Shown here one piece after another: positions 10,095-18,785 of a stretch of DNA of 64,000 nucleotides. Within the stretch, counting starts at the first letter, position 1. Each line of letters starts with the position of its first letter. The translations under genes were made by a program, and so were the position numbers. Origin of the DNA: Sedimentisphaerales bacterium (GTDB taxonomy: Bacteria > Planctomycetota > Phycisphaerae > Sedimentisphaerales > SM23-30); NCBI GenBank assembly GCA_963666285.1, contig OY762711.1. One strand, given 5' to 3'. Under the pieces are notes generated by a model. It had not been told where the DNA came from and did not search any database. It saw nothing but the letters and a program-made list of their open reading frames with translations.

Positions 10095-11213
10095 ATGACA
10101 GATTATAGAGTAAAATTAGAGGTTTATAACGGTCCGATGGACCTGCTGCTGTATCTTATCAAGCGAGATGAGATAGATATCTATGATTTACCGGTGGCAA
10201 CGATCACATCTCAGTACATGGAATATATGAATCTCATGGAAGAGCTGGACGTAGATCTAGCCGGTGAATTCCTGGTTATGGCGGCGACCCTGATGGAACT
10301 TAAGAGCCTGATGGTTATTCCGCGTGATGAGATTGAGGGAGAAGAGGGTGAAGATGATCCTACAGACCCACGAATGGAATTGATTCATCAGCTGCTGGAG
10401 TATAAGCGGTTCAAAGATGCGGCCGGTATGCTGGAAGACGCCGCAGAGGAGCGGGCAGGTCGTTTCCATCGTCCACTGGTTGACCTTGAGCGGGTAAAGA
10501 AAGAGCTGAAATCCGAGCAGGAACTGGATATGGAATCGGTTCAGATCTGGGATCTGATGGATGCGTTTACCCGTCTAATGAAGGCAACGCTGGCTAATAA
10601 GGCTACTCATAATGTTATCCATGATGAAACCCCGATTGATATCTATGAGACAAGGATATTGGAAAGGGCGCAAAAAGCTAACCCACTGAAGTTTGAAGCG
10701 GTATTTGAACGTGCCTCTAACCGTGAAGAGATGGTTGGAATGTTTTTGGCTATTTTGGAGCTTATGCGTCACCGGCTGGTGAAAATTGAGCAGGAAAAAG
10801 CATTTGGAGATATTTATATATTCCCGCAGACCGAAATGGATGCCAAGCAGGCGGTATTGAATACCATTTCCGGTGCAAATATCCAGGCCGAGGAAGAAGA
10901 ACTGCTCAATGAAGTTGGAATAGCCAAGCCGGAAGAAGAAAAACTGTTTTCAGAGACTATCAGTATAACAGAGGATCTGGGCGGTTTTAGCGAAGATGTG
11001 AGGTTCAAGTCTGAAGAGGAAGCCGAACAAGCCGAAGAAGAGGCAGTAGCAGAAGATACCGAGTCTGAATTTGAAGATGAAGATCAGGTAGAGTTTGATA
11101 TGGATGAGGTTGAAGAGATCGATATTGAAGAGCTTGATAGCCGGGTCCTGGAAGAGAAAAAGGCCGAATTGACGGAAAATGATGATACCGAGCTTGATTT
11201 GCCGAAAGAGTGA
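10095..11213 (+). CDS. scpA: Segregation and condensation protein A with acidic C-terminal extension
   Basis: YNGPMDLLLYLI..EIDIYD, AGEFLVMAATL..LKS, FLAILEL...Q...FGDI. Confidence 0.92.
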   Translation: MTDYRVKLEVYNGPMDLLLYLIKRDEIDIYDLPVATITSQYMEYMNLMEELDVDLAGEFLVMAATLMELKSLMVIPRDEIEGEEGEDDPTDPRMELIHQLLEYKRFKDAAGMLEDAAEERAGRFHRPLVDLERVKKELKSEQELDMESVQIWDLMDAFTRLMKATLANKATHNVIHDETPIDIYETRILERAQKANPLKFEAVFERASNREEMVGMFLAILELMRHRLVKIEQEKAFGDIYIFPQTEMDAKQAVLNTISGANIQAEEEELLNEVGIAKPEEEKLFSETISITEDLGGFSEDVRFKSEEEAEQAEEEAVAEDTESEFEDEDQVEFDMDEVEEIDIEELDSRVLEEKKAELTENDDTELDLPKE

Positions 11214-11296
11214 TCACTAGAATCCCCTGACAGGCAGATTCTGGTTTATCCAGCTGCAGACAGAACTCACCTTAAAAACGCCAGGAATATAGTTAA

Positions 11297-12082
11297 ATGA
11301 GTATTTCGATAATCAATTGGAATGTAAATGGTATTCGTGCAATCCATCGAAAGGGTTTTAGCGAATGGTTTGATGAGATTAATGCGGATATTATCTGCTT
11401 ACAGGAGATAAAGGCCAAGCCGGAGCAGTTTCCCAAGGATCTATTAGAGAAAGAGGGATATACTGTTCATATTAACTCCGCGGAGCGGCCGGGCTATAGC
11501 GGAACGGCAGTGTGGACCAGGCTGGAGCCTAAGAAGGTAGAGTTTGGGTTCGGGGTAGAAAAGTTCGATTGTGAGGGCCGTGTGATCGGTCTCTGTTTCG
11601 ATGATTTCGAGGTTTATACGATATATTTTCCCAATGGCGGTAATGAAACCGAAGACGGGAGCAGTTTTGTCAGGCTTGATTATAAGATGGAGTTTTATGA
11701 TGAGTTCCTCAAGTATATGAACAAGCGTAAGAAGACCGGAAAGGATATTATCTTTACCGGTGATGTTAATACCGCACATAAGCCGATCGATCTATCTCGT
11801 CCGAAACAGAACGAAAAAAATACCGGTTTTTTGCCTGTCGAAAGGGAGTGGATTGATAAGGTTATTGATAATGGTTATGTCGATGTATTTCGTGAGTTTG
11901 ACAAGGAGCCGGACAGGTATACATGGTGGGACTATAAGACCCGTTCGCGGAGCCGGAATGTGGGCTGGAGGATCGATTATTTCTTTGCCACCAAAAAGAG
12001 CATGACCAGAATCAAGAACTGTAAGCATTTGACCGAGGTTATGGGTTCGGACCATTGTCCGCTGCAGCTTATTTTGGATTAG
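11297..12082 (+). CDS. xth: Exodeoxyribonuclease III
   Basis: WNVNGIRA, LQEIK, GDVNTAH, YTWW, GWRIDY, SDHCP. Confidence 0.96.
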   Translation: MSISIINWNVNGIRAIHRKGFSEWFDEINADIICLQEIKAKPEQFPKDLLEKEGYTVHINSAERPGYSGTAVWTRLEPKKVEFGFGVEKFDCEGRVIGLCFDDFEVYTIYFPNGGNETEDGSSFVRLDYKMEFYDEFLKYMNKRKKTGKDIIFTGDVNTAHKPIDLSRPKQNEKNTGFLPVEREWIDKVIDNGYVDVFREFDKEPDRYTWWDYKTRSRSRNVGWRIDYFFATKKSMTRIKNCKHLTEVMGSDHCPLQLILD

Positions 12083-12105
12083 ATCATTTACCTTGAGAAA
12101 ATATT

Positions 12106-12789
12106 ATGGCAAAAGCAAAAACATCGAAAGAGTTTAAGCCGACGAAAAAAGATGTCAGTTCTGCAAAGGACCGGATTATGCCTATTTTAAAGGCTTTGGC
12201 GAAAGATTATCCGGATGCCTCTTGTGAGTTGAATTATAAGACGCCGCTGCAGCTTATGGTAGCGACAATTCTATCGGCACAATGTACGGATAAGCGGGTA
12301 AATGAGGTAACCAAGGATCTGTTCAAGAAGTATAAGAATGCCGGTGATTTTGCGGATGCCGGTGAAGAAGAACTGGGTGAGGATATTAAGAGTACCGGTT
12401 TCTTTCGCAATAAGGCGAAAAATATAATCGCGGCATGTAAGGCGATAGTCGCAGAGCATAAAGGGAAAGTGCCCGGTAATATGGAAGAGCTGGTGAAGCT
12501 GCCGGGGGTAGGGCGTAAGACCGCGAATGTGATACTTGGCAATGCTTTTGGTGTGCCTGGGATAACGACAGATACACATCTTATCCGGTTGAGCAGACTT
12601 TTGGGTTTATCGGTGAATTCTGATCCGGTTAAGCTGGAACATGACCTTATGGAGATTGTGCCTGAGAAAGACTGGACGATATTCAGCCATCGGATAATCT
12701 GGCATGGCAGGAGAGTGTGTAATGCCCGTAAGCCTGATTGTGATAAATGTTCGCTGACGGGGAATTGCTGCTATTTCAACAAGGCATAG
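12106..12789 (+). CDS. nth: Endonuclease III
   Basis: ILSAQCTD, HhH LPGVGRKTAN, DTH, C-x6-C-x2-C-x5-C Fe-S motif. Confidence 0.96.
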   Translation: MAKAKTSKEFKPTKKDVSSAKDRIMPILKALAKDYPDASCELNYKTPLQLMVATILSAQCTDKRVNEVTKDLFKKYKNAGDFADAGEEELGEDIKSTGFFRNKAKNIIAACKAIVAEHKGKVPGNMEELVKLPGVGRKTANVILGNAFGVPGITTDTHLIRLSRLLGLSVNSDPVKLEHDLMEIVPEKDWTIFSHRIIWHGRRVCNARKPDCDKCSLTGNCCYFNKA

Positions 12790-13538
12790 CCCTTTGATCA
12801 GACCTCAGTAGGCGAGCTGCTTTGGAGACCAAGCAAAGCTTGGAACAGACCTCGCTTCGCTCGGCGACGAATTGAGATTGTCAATTCTAGAGGGCAAATC
12901 AGAATGATTTGCCAAGGCGTGATACAAATATTCAGTTTTTCAAAGAGCAAAATTTATGTTTAAGACGAAAATTTCGTCGTTGTTATGTTTTATCGAGAGC
13001 TGATTTTTATTGGTTCTCTTTTTTTGTTAGCTCTCTACTATCGGATGGTATGTCGAAAGTGCGCTGATTTTTTGGGCGGGATGGTTGGTTTGGAAGTTTG
13101 TAAAGTGTTGGGAGTAAACGGGATAATAATTTTAAAGATTTTAGATTTTCGCAATTTGGTGGTTGTAAAAACGAGATGATTTTTTCGAGAAAATCAGGGG
13201 TCAGGGATCTGGTTTCAGGTGCCAGGGAAGGTTGCTCGCTACCGCTCGCGGCCGATTGATGGGTAACGGGAGGTGTGCGGAAAGGTAACGAGGCATCGCG
13301 GCGGGTGGACGGCGGCGAAAAGGCAAATGGATTTGAGCGGCGGGGAATTGCGGGCTGCGGGCAGTATACGGCGGAACGTTGAATGGGTGCGGCGGTATAC
13401 GGACGGGAACGAAGCGGAGATGGGAAGGCAGGTAAAAAGTAAGAGGTAAGAGGTAAGAGTTGAGGTGTCCGCTGTCTGGTCCTGTGATAAGTTGTCACAT
13501 TATAGATTTAATGTTTTAACAAATAACAGGAGACAACA

Positions 13539-13958
13539 ATGTTGGTAAGTAAACGAACTTATAATCGCTACAGCGAAGCCTTTAAATTACAGGTGGTAAA
13601 TGATCTTGAATCTGGTAAGCTAAGCAGTATTTATGAGGCTAATTCCCGCTATGGGATTTCTGGTACAACAACAGTAAAGAGTTGGCTAAGAAAATATGGC
13701 CGTAACCATTTGATACCAAAGGTGATACGCGTGGAAAAACTAGATGAACAAGATCATGTAAAGAAGTTAGAATCAGAGATTAAGCAGCTTAAAGAAGCGT
13801 TAGCAGACAGCCATATAGAGAATATTGTAAGTGAAGCCAGGTTTCAGGTTATTTGTAAAGAATACGGGCTGGATCCCGAGGAGTATAAAAAAAAAGTCGA
13901 TACCAAACGGTTCAACAAGCGTCCGAGGCAACCGTTGAAAAGAAAGAGGAAAAAATAG
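13539..13958 (+). CDS. IS3 transposase OrfA (HTH + coiled coil)
   Basis: RYSEAFKLQVV...YGI..TTVKSWLRKY. An A9G slippery run at 13887-13896 puts the -1 frame in register with orfB. Confidence 0.92.
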   Translation: MLVSKRTYNRYSEAFKLQVVNDLESGKLSSIYEANSRYGISGTTTVKSWLRKYGRNHLIPKVIRVEKLDEQDHVKKLESEIKQLKEALADSHIENIVSEARFQVICKEYGLDPEEYKKKVDTKRFNKRPRQPLKRKRKK

Positions 13959-13987
13959 CGATAACTTCCTTATGCAAAGCTGTTGGC

Positions 13988-14773
13988 ATGAGTCGTCAGA
14001 ATTATTATAAATCACATAAAGTTCGGCGCAGGCGGCACTATGAAAAAGACCTGATAATATCTTTGGCCAGGCTGGAAAGATCATTGCAGCCTGAGATGGG
14101 TTGCAGAAAGGTTTTGAAGCGTATAAAGCCCAAACTGGCAAAAGCCGGTATTAGTATAGGGCGAGATAGATTTTATGAAACGATGTCAGAAGCAGATATG
14201 TTGATAGAGCGTAAAAAGCGAAGTGTGACAACGACAGACAGTCGTCATAACTTTAAGACTTATAAGAATATACTGAAAGATGAAGAGCTTACAGGAGCCA
14301 ATCAGGCCCTGGTAAGTGATATAACGTACATATATACAGATGAAGGATTTATGTATCTGTCGTTGATAATGGATGCATTTAGTCGCAAGATAGTTGGCTA
14401 TGACTGTAGTGATAGTTTGGAAGCAGAAGGTTGTTTGCGTGCATTAACAAAGGCGATAAAGCAATTGCCCAAAGGTAGTAATACGATACATCATTCAGAT
14501 CGTGGCAGTCAGTATTGCTGCCATAGATATATAGATAAGCTTAAAAGAAATGGGCTGCGAGTTAGTATGACCGAAGATAATCATTGTTATGAGAATGCCC
14601 AGGCCGAGAGGTTAAACGGTATATTGAAGCACGAGTATGGATTGAAGAATACGTTTAAGAAAAAAGCTCATGTTCATGCTGCGGTTAAACAGGCGATAGA
14701 ACTGTATAATACCTGTCGTCCACATTTTGCTTTGGGATATCGTGTGCCTGAGGAAGTGCATATGGCGGCGTGA
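13988..14773 (+). CDS. IS3 transposase OrfB (DDE integrase core), likely made as an OrfAB fusion
   Basis: VSDITYI, DAFSRKIVG, HHSDRGSQY, ENAQAERLNGILKHE; the frame is open back to the slippery site. Confidence 0.95.
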   Translation: MSRQNYYKSHKVRRRRHYEKDLIISLARLERSLQPEMGCRKVLKRIKPKLAKAGISIGRDRFYETMSEADMLIERKKRSVTTTDSRHNFKTYKNILKDEELTGANQALVSDITYIYTDEGFMYLSLIMDAFSRKIVGYDCSDSLEAEGCLRALTKAIKQLPKGSNTIHHSDRGSQYCCHRYIDKLKRNGLRVSMTEDNHCYENAQAERLNGILKHEYGLKNTFKKKAHVHAAVKQAIELYNTCRPHFALGYRVPEEVHMAA

Positions 14774-15060
14774 TATATTCCTCCGTTCCGGTCGCCCTTC
14801 GGGCTCCCTGCACTACGGAATATATCATCAAAAAACAATAGTAAATAGAAACGGAAAGTGACAACTTTAAATCAGGACTTGACACGCTTCGCGGACGGCT
14901 TATTTTAAGCGGCTGGCGCCTTAAAATAAAGAGAACCACTGATGAACACCGATGCACACTGATAAAGAAAGAAATGGAAAGCGTTTCTAAAGTATCAAGT
15001 ATAAAGGATGAAGGATAAGAAATCAAGACACTACCAGCAACGAGCGAGCAGCCAAGCTGC

Positions 15061-15180
15061 TAGAGATTAGAGCAGATGACAGTGGAACAGGAGGAAGATA
15101 AATACGTGCTACGCACTCTGGCACATCATTGGACTTGGCCAATGATGTGAAGGTGTCGCTGACGCGACCTGTTTAAATAA
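15061..15180 (+). repeat. Direct repeat, copy 1 (partner 17361-17513)
   Basis: TAGAGATTAGAGCAG plus an exact 35-nt block 15100-15134 = 17436-17470, a CACATCATTGG/CCAATGATGTG hairpin and a GTCGC-loop-GCGAC hairpin. Confidence 0.9.
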
Positions 15181-15840
15181 TGTGCCGAGCTTGTGCTCAG
15201 CGTTTCCAGGAGTGAAGGAGAGGTTAAAAAACGAATTGAAATTGAAGGGTGAGGGGATATAAGAAAGACTGTATGGTGGCTTGTGGTGGTAGTGCGGCGG
15301 AGAGGGGATTTTGCGTGAATTGATGTAAGTTGTTATTTTTGGATTGTGGGCGGACCAGATAATTGAGTGAAGAACGAAGAACTAAGAGTGAAGAATTGAG
15401 GTGTTCGCCTAACGGCTCACGGTTTGTTATAAGGCTGTCGCGTAGGTAAAGTTCAATCAAAATTGCGGCACCTGAAGGATGAGAAGAGTTAGAAGAAAGA
15501 GGCGAGAAGAGAGAGTCTAAAACCGGTTCGTTCAGGACATGGGTAACGGTTGAGTGTCAAGACATAGGCATTAAAAGTGTAAAGTGTAAAATAAAAAGAG
15601 TAAAGAATGTGTCGCTTCGCGATCTATTTTAAACGGCAGGTGATGAATGTGTCGAGTTCCAGATAAATCGGGATTTTGCTATGCTCAACATCGTGGTTCA
15701 CGAAATATTTTAAAGCTGATGCCGGGTATGTCGCTTTGGTGTGACTTGTTTTTTTGTTTGGAATTGTCTGCATTAGGGATTAAAATAAATTCTACTGCTG
15801 TTTGTTGAGATTTTTAGATTTGTGCGGATTGATTTAATTA

Positions 15841-15866
15841 CTCAAACTGACCGATGGCCAGTTTGA
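15841..15866. repeat. REP-like palindrome family 2 (CTCAAACTGACC-GAT-GGTCAGTTTGA type)
   Basis: Related copies at 24628-24658 and 32949-32974; half-site at 15996-16010. Confidence 0.75.
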
Positions 15867-16085
15867 TAGGTATAAGAGATAAGGGGTCGGCATAAGGGTA
15901 GCCGGAGCCCATCGGCAAGCTCAGGGCAGGCGGTATACTGTTTTATTTTTTACAAATTGAGTTATAACTTGTTACAGTAAGATAAAATGTAAAGTCGGTC
16001 GCTTTGAGTATTTATATATTCACCATGAAGGGCATGAAGTTAGTGACGAAAAATAGAATTAGTATGAAGTTAGAAGAGAAGGTGT

Positions 16086-16601
16086 TTGGTGATGTTTAAT
16101 TCATATATAATATTCATGATTTTTAATTCAGTTATAACGGTAATGGGAGTGTTTTTTATATATGGTTTTACCCATTCAATAATTTGGGCTACGGTTTGGG
16201 TGCCATCTATATCTATTTTCGACGCATACTTGTATGTTAAATGGTATAGCAATAGAACCCGTAAATGTCAGAAAAGACTTAAAGGGTACAGTGATGAGCA
16301 GGTAAGGGGAATGATGTTGAATCTGGATTTTTATTATCCTGATGGTTTTCCGCCGATGATATTGTTAAAGGAGCTTAAGGAAAGAGGGTGTGATATAGGC
16401 AAGTATAACGATATGGTTTTGGGGCTGCTGGAGTCGCCGGATGAGTGTGTGCGAGAGTTTGGAGTAGCGGCGTTTTTCTATATGTTTCCTAATGCAAGGG
16501 AGTTGTTTAAGGTGTGCAAATATAATATAGGTTTATCTGCCGAAAAAGGCAGGGAAGCGGTTGGAAGGATAAGAGAGCAATTGGGGGATGTCTGTGAATG
16601 A
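16086..16601 (+). CDS. Hypothetical two-TM membrane protein, paralog 1
   Basis: Two hydrophobic segments, then DEQ..YYPDGFPP..LKELKERGCDIGKY, shared with the next ORF. Start uncertain. Confidence 0.75.
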   Translation: MVMFNSYIIFMIFNSVITVMGVFFIYGFTHSIIWATVWVPSISIFDAYLYVKWYSNRTRKCQKRLKGYSDEQVRGMMLNLDFYYPDGFPPMILLKELKERGCDIGKYNDMVLGLLESPDECVREFGVAAFFYMFPNARELFKVCKYNIGLSAEKGREAVGRIREQLGDVCE

Positions 16602-17175
16602 GTATTTCACCATGAAGGGCATGAAGTTAGTGAAGGATAATATGAAGAATTGGCGAAAGAATGATATTGGTTTATTTGTAGGGACGAGTCTTGTCTTTGC
16701 GTTTGGTTCTTCTGGGGTGCGTCTCTTTCAAAGGGAATCATATCCAGCTATTTTGGTAGAAGTTGCGTTAAAAGCATTATTGTTTGTGTCGGCATCAATT
16801 TTAATTTCGCAGATCAGAAAACACATAAAGGCGAAGCGGAGTGTTTCCCTGGCGAAGTATTTAGATGAGCAGTTACATGATATGCTGGTGGGTCAGAATT
16901 ATTATTATCCGGAAGGGTGTCCGCCGCAACATATGCTGGAGGAATTGCAGGTGAGAGGGAAGGATATCGGTCAGTATTTAGAGATGATATTGGATTTGCA
17001 TGTTTCAAAAGACAGATATTATCAGAAGCTGGCGTTTGAGGCGATGGTGAATGTTTATCCTGAAGAGTTCCGGTTTTTTGAAGAGTGTAAATGGTATCGT
17101 GCCGGGACAGATTTGGAAAAGGAAGAGCTGTTGCCGAAAGTGAAAGATAAGCTGGAGTTGTCGAATAAAGTTTAA
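16588..17175 (+). CDS. Hypothetical two-TM membrane protein, paralog 2
   Basis: DEQ..YYPEGCPP..LEELQVRGKDIGQY; the true start is probably downstream of 16588. Confidence 0.78.
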   Translation: MSVNEYFTMKGMKLVKDNMKNWRKNDIGLFVGTSLVFAFGSSGVRLFQRESYPAILVEVALKALLFVSASILISQIRKHIKAKRSVSLAKYLDEQLHDMLVGQNYYYPEGCPPQHMLEELQVRGKDIGQYLEMILDLHVSKDRYYQKLAFEAMVNVYPEEFRFFEECKWYRAGTDLEKEELLPKVKDKLELSNKV

Positions 17176-17360
17176 AATGTAAAATAGAAGGGTAAATAGT
17201 GATCAGCTGCGAGCGGGGGATAATAGAATCGCAGATTAACTTAGGGCGGTTGAGTGGGCAAGCTAAGTAAGGGAAGAAGTAAGAGGGAAGAGTTGTGCGA
17301 CCTGCACTGTACGGTGCATGACCTTATTATAAACGGCTACGCCGAACGACCGAAGGTCGT

Positions 17361-17513
17361 TAGAGATTAGAGCAGTTGAGTAGTTGAACAGGCAAATAGC
17401 AGTGAGCTATCAGCGGACAACTACCTGCAAGCAGGAAATACGTGCTACGCACTCTGGCACATCATTGGACAAGTCCAATGATGTGATGGTGTCGCTATGC
17501 GACCTGTTTTAAT
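17361..17513 (+). repeat. Direct repeat, copy 2 (partner 15061-15180)
   Basis: Same blocks as copy 1; it lies immediately upstream of the AT-rich gene at 17558. Confidence 0.9.
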
Positions 17514-17557
17514 TTTAGCTTATTAGATTGCCCGGATTTTTTGTCGAGGAAAAACTA

Positions 17558-18616
17558 ATGTTCAAATGTTATTGTTATTTAGTATTATTAGCTTTTTTTA
17601 ATAGTGTTGCTATTGCTAATAGTTATAGTGATAATGGATTCACAAATGACACAATAAAATATTTTGGAATCCTAAAATATGAACCAAACATATTGCACAC
17701 ACATTTACTTCTTAATGACTCTTTTATCAGGCACCGTGCCTTTTGTGTTAGCAAAAAAGGAGAAGAAACATACTATACTTATTTAGATACAAGTATCATA
17801 TCTGAGGTGTGGGACATTGGTGACAATCGCTATGCTTTTGGTCCTGAAGGTGTTTATTGTATGCCTTATAACCAAATATTACCAGATTATTTTGATGCTT
17901 TTCCACAAAGGTCATATTTAAATAATATAGTTACAACTGCAAGTGCTGGAACATTGTTGGCTCAAAAAGATAGATTGTATATATTATATTCGGTTGCTGA
18001 TTCGCTTGAGTCAGGTAGTATTAATTTCAGTTATTTCATAAATGTTTATGATATTGATAAAAATACAAAAATTTCAAGTACTGAGTTGCCTGGGGGTAGA
18101 ACTCTCTTGCTGGATAATAAAAACATTTACGTACCTTTATACGATCAATACGTTATGATACCACTAGCTAGTAATGGTAATATACAAAGTAAGGTTGAGG
18201 TTAAAGATTTTCCAGGGAAAAATCTGGTTGGGGTGTTTGATGAAAGGTTATTATACACGCAAAAAGACAAATATATGAGACAGCTGTATTGTGATAACGA
18301 ACTTATTTTAGATGGTGTTCGTGAAATATACAACCATAATAATAAATTACTTTGGGTAATAAATTACTATAATGAATTATTTACTATTGATCAAAAATGT
18401 AAAGTTAAGGAGGTTTGCAAACTTCCTGATGATATTGGACAGGACTTTCGTATGGGTGTATATACAGATGATACTTTATGGATTCATAAGATGTTTGATG
18501 AACAGAAGCCAATCAATGTTTTTTTGATAGACAAAAATGGTAAAATAGATAACAAAAAGATTGCAATAAAATTTTCTAATGCATTTAAGAGAAAGTTCAA
18601 ACTAACTATCGAATAA
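17558..18616 (+). CDS. AT-rich hypothetical exported protein, beta-rich
   Basis: Long ORF; ATG 17558 follows GAGG; signal-peptide-like N-terminus (VAIA/NS); visibly lower GC than its neighbours. Confidence 0.7.
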   Translation: MFKCYCYLVLLAFFNSVAIANSYSDNGFTNDTIKYFGILKYEPNILHTHLLLNDSFIRHRAFCVSKKGEETYYTYLDTSIISEVWDIGDNRYAFGPEGVYCMPYNQILPDYFDAFPQRSYLNNIVTTASAGTLLAQKDRLYILYSVADSLESGSINFSYFINVYDIDKNTKISSTELPGGRTLLLDNKNIYVPLYDQYVMIPLASNGNIQSKVEVKDFPGKNLVGVFDERLLYTQKDKYMRQLYCDNELILDGVREIYNHNNKLLWVINYYNELFTIDQKCKVKEVCKLPDDIGQDFRMGVYTDDTLWIHKMFDEQKPINVFLIDKNGKIDNKKIAIKFSNAFKRKFKLTIE

Positions 18617-18785
18617 GGCTATCTCTAATAATTTTTTTGTGCTGTTAATAGTTACAATGCGTGCAGAGTTGCGAGTTAATGAGTCATAAGAATAGGGGGG
18701 GGAGGAAAAAGTTGTTTATATAGTCGGGTGTAGCAGTTAAAATACAGTCTGAATTGTGAAATAATACCATTATGGAGATGATATC

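Larger units (their letters stand above)
13473..14884 (+). mobile_element. IS3-family insertion sequence, 1412 bp, apparently intact
   Basis: IRL TGTCTGGTCCTGTGATAAGTTGTCAC (13473-13498); IRR reverse complement TGTCAAGTCCTGATTTAAAGTTGTCAC (14858-14884); 3-bp target duplication CGC (13470-13472 and 14885-14887). Confidence 0.95.
12860..15460 (+). repeat. Composite non-coding repeat element, copy B (expanded and interrupted by IS3)
   Basis: Same blocks as 605-1138 in inverted orientation, with extra 7-mer/9-mer arrays and hairpins between them. Confidence 0.8.

Noticed and set aside
15407..15456. Integron attC site starting GCCTAAC
   Set aside because: No complementary GTTAGGC end or L-boxes, and no intI. 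The motif is better explained as the loop of a local hairpin.
15061..17513. CRISPR array
   Set aside because: The repeats are few, irregularly spaced and separated by kb-scale genes; no cas genes are present.
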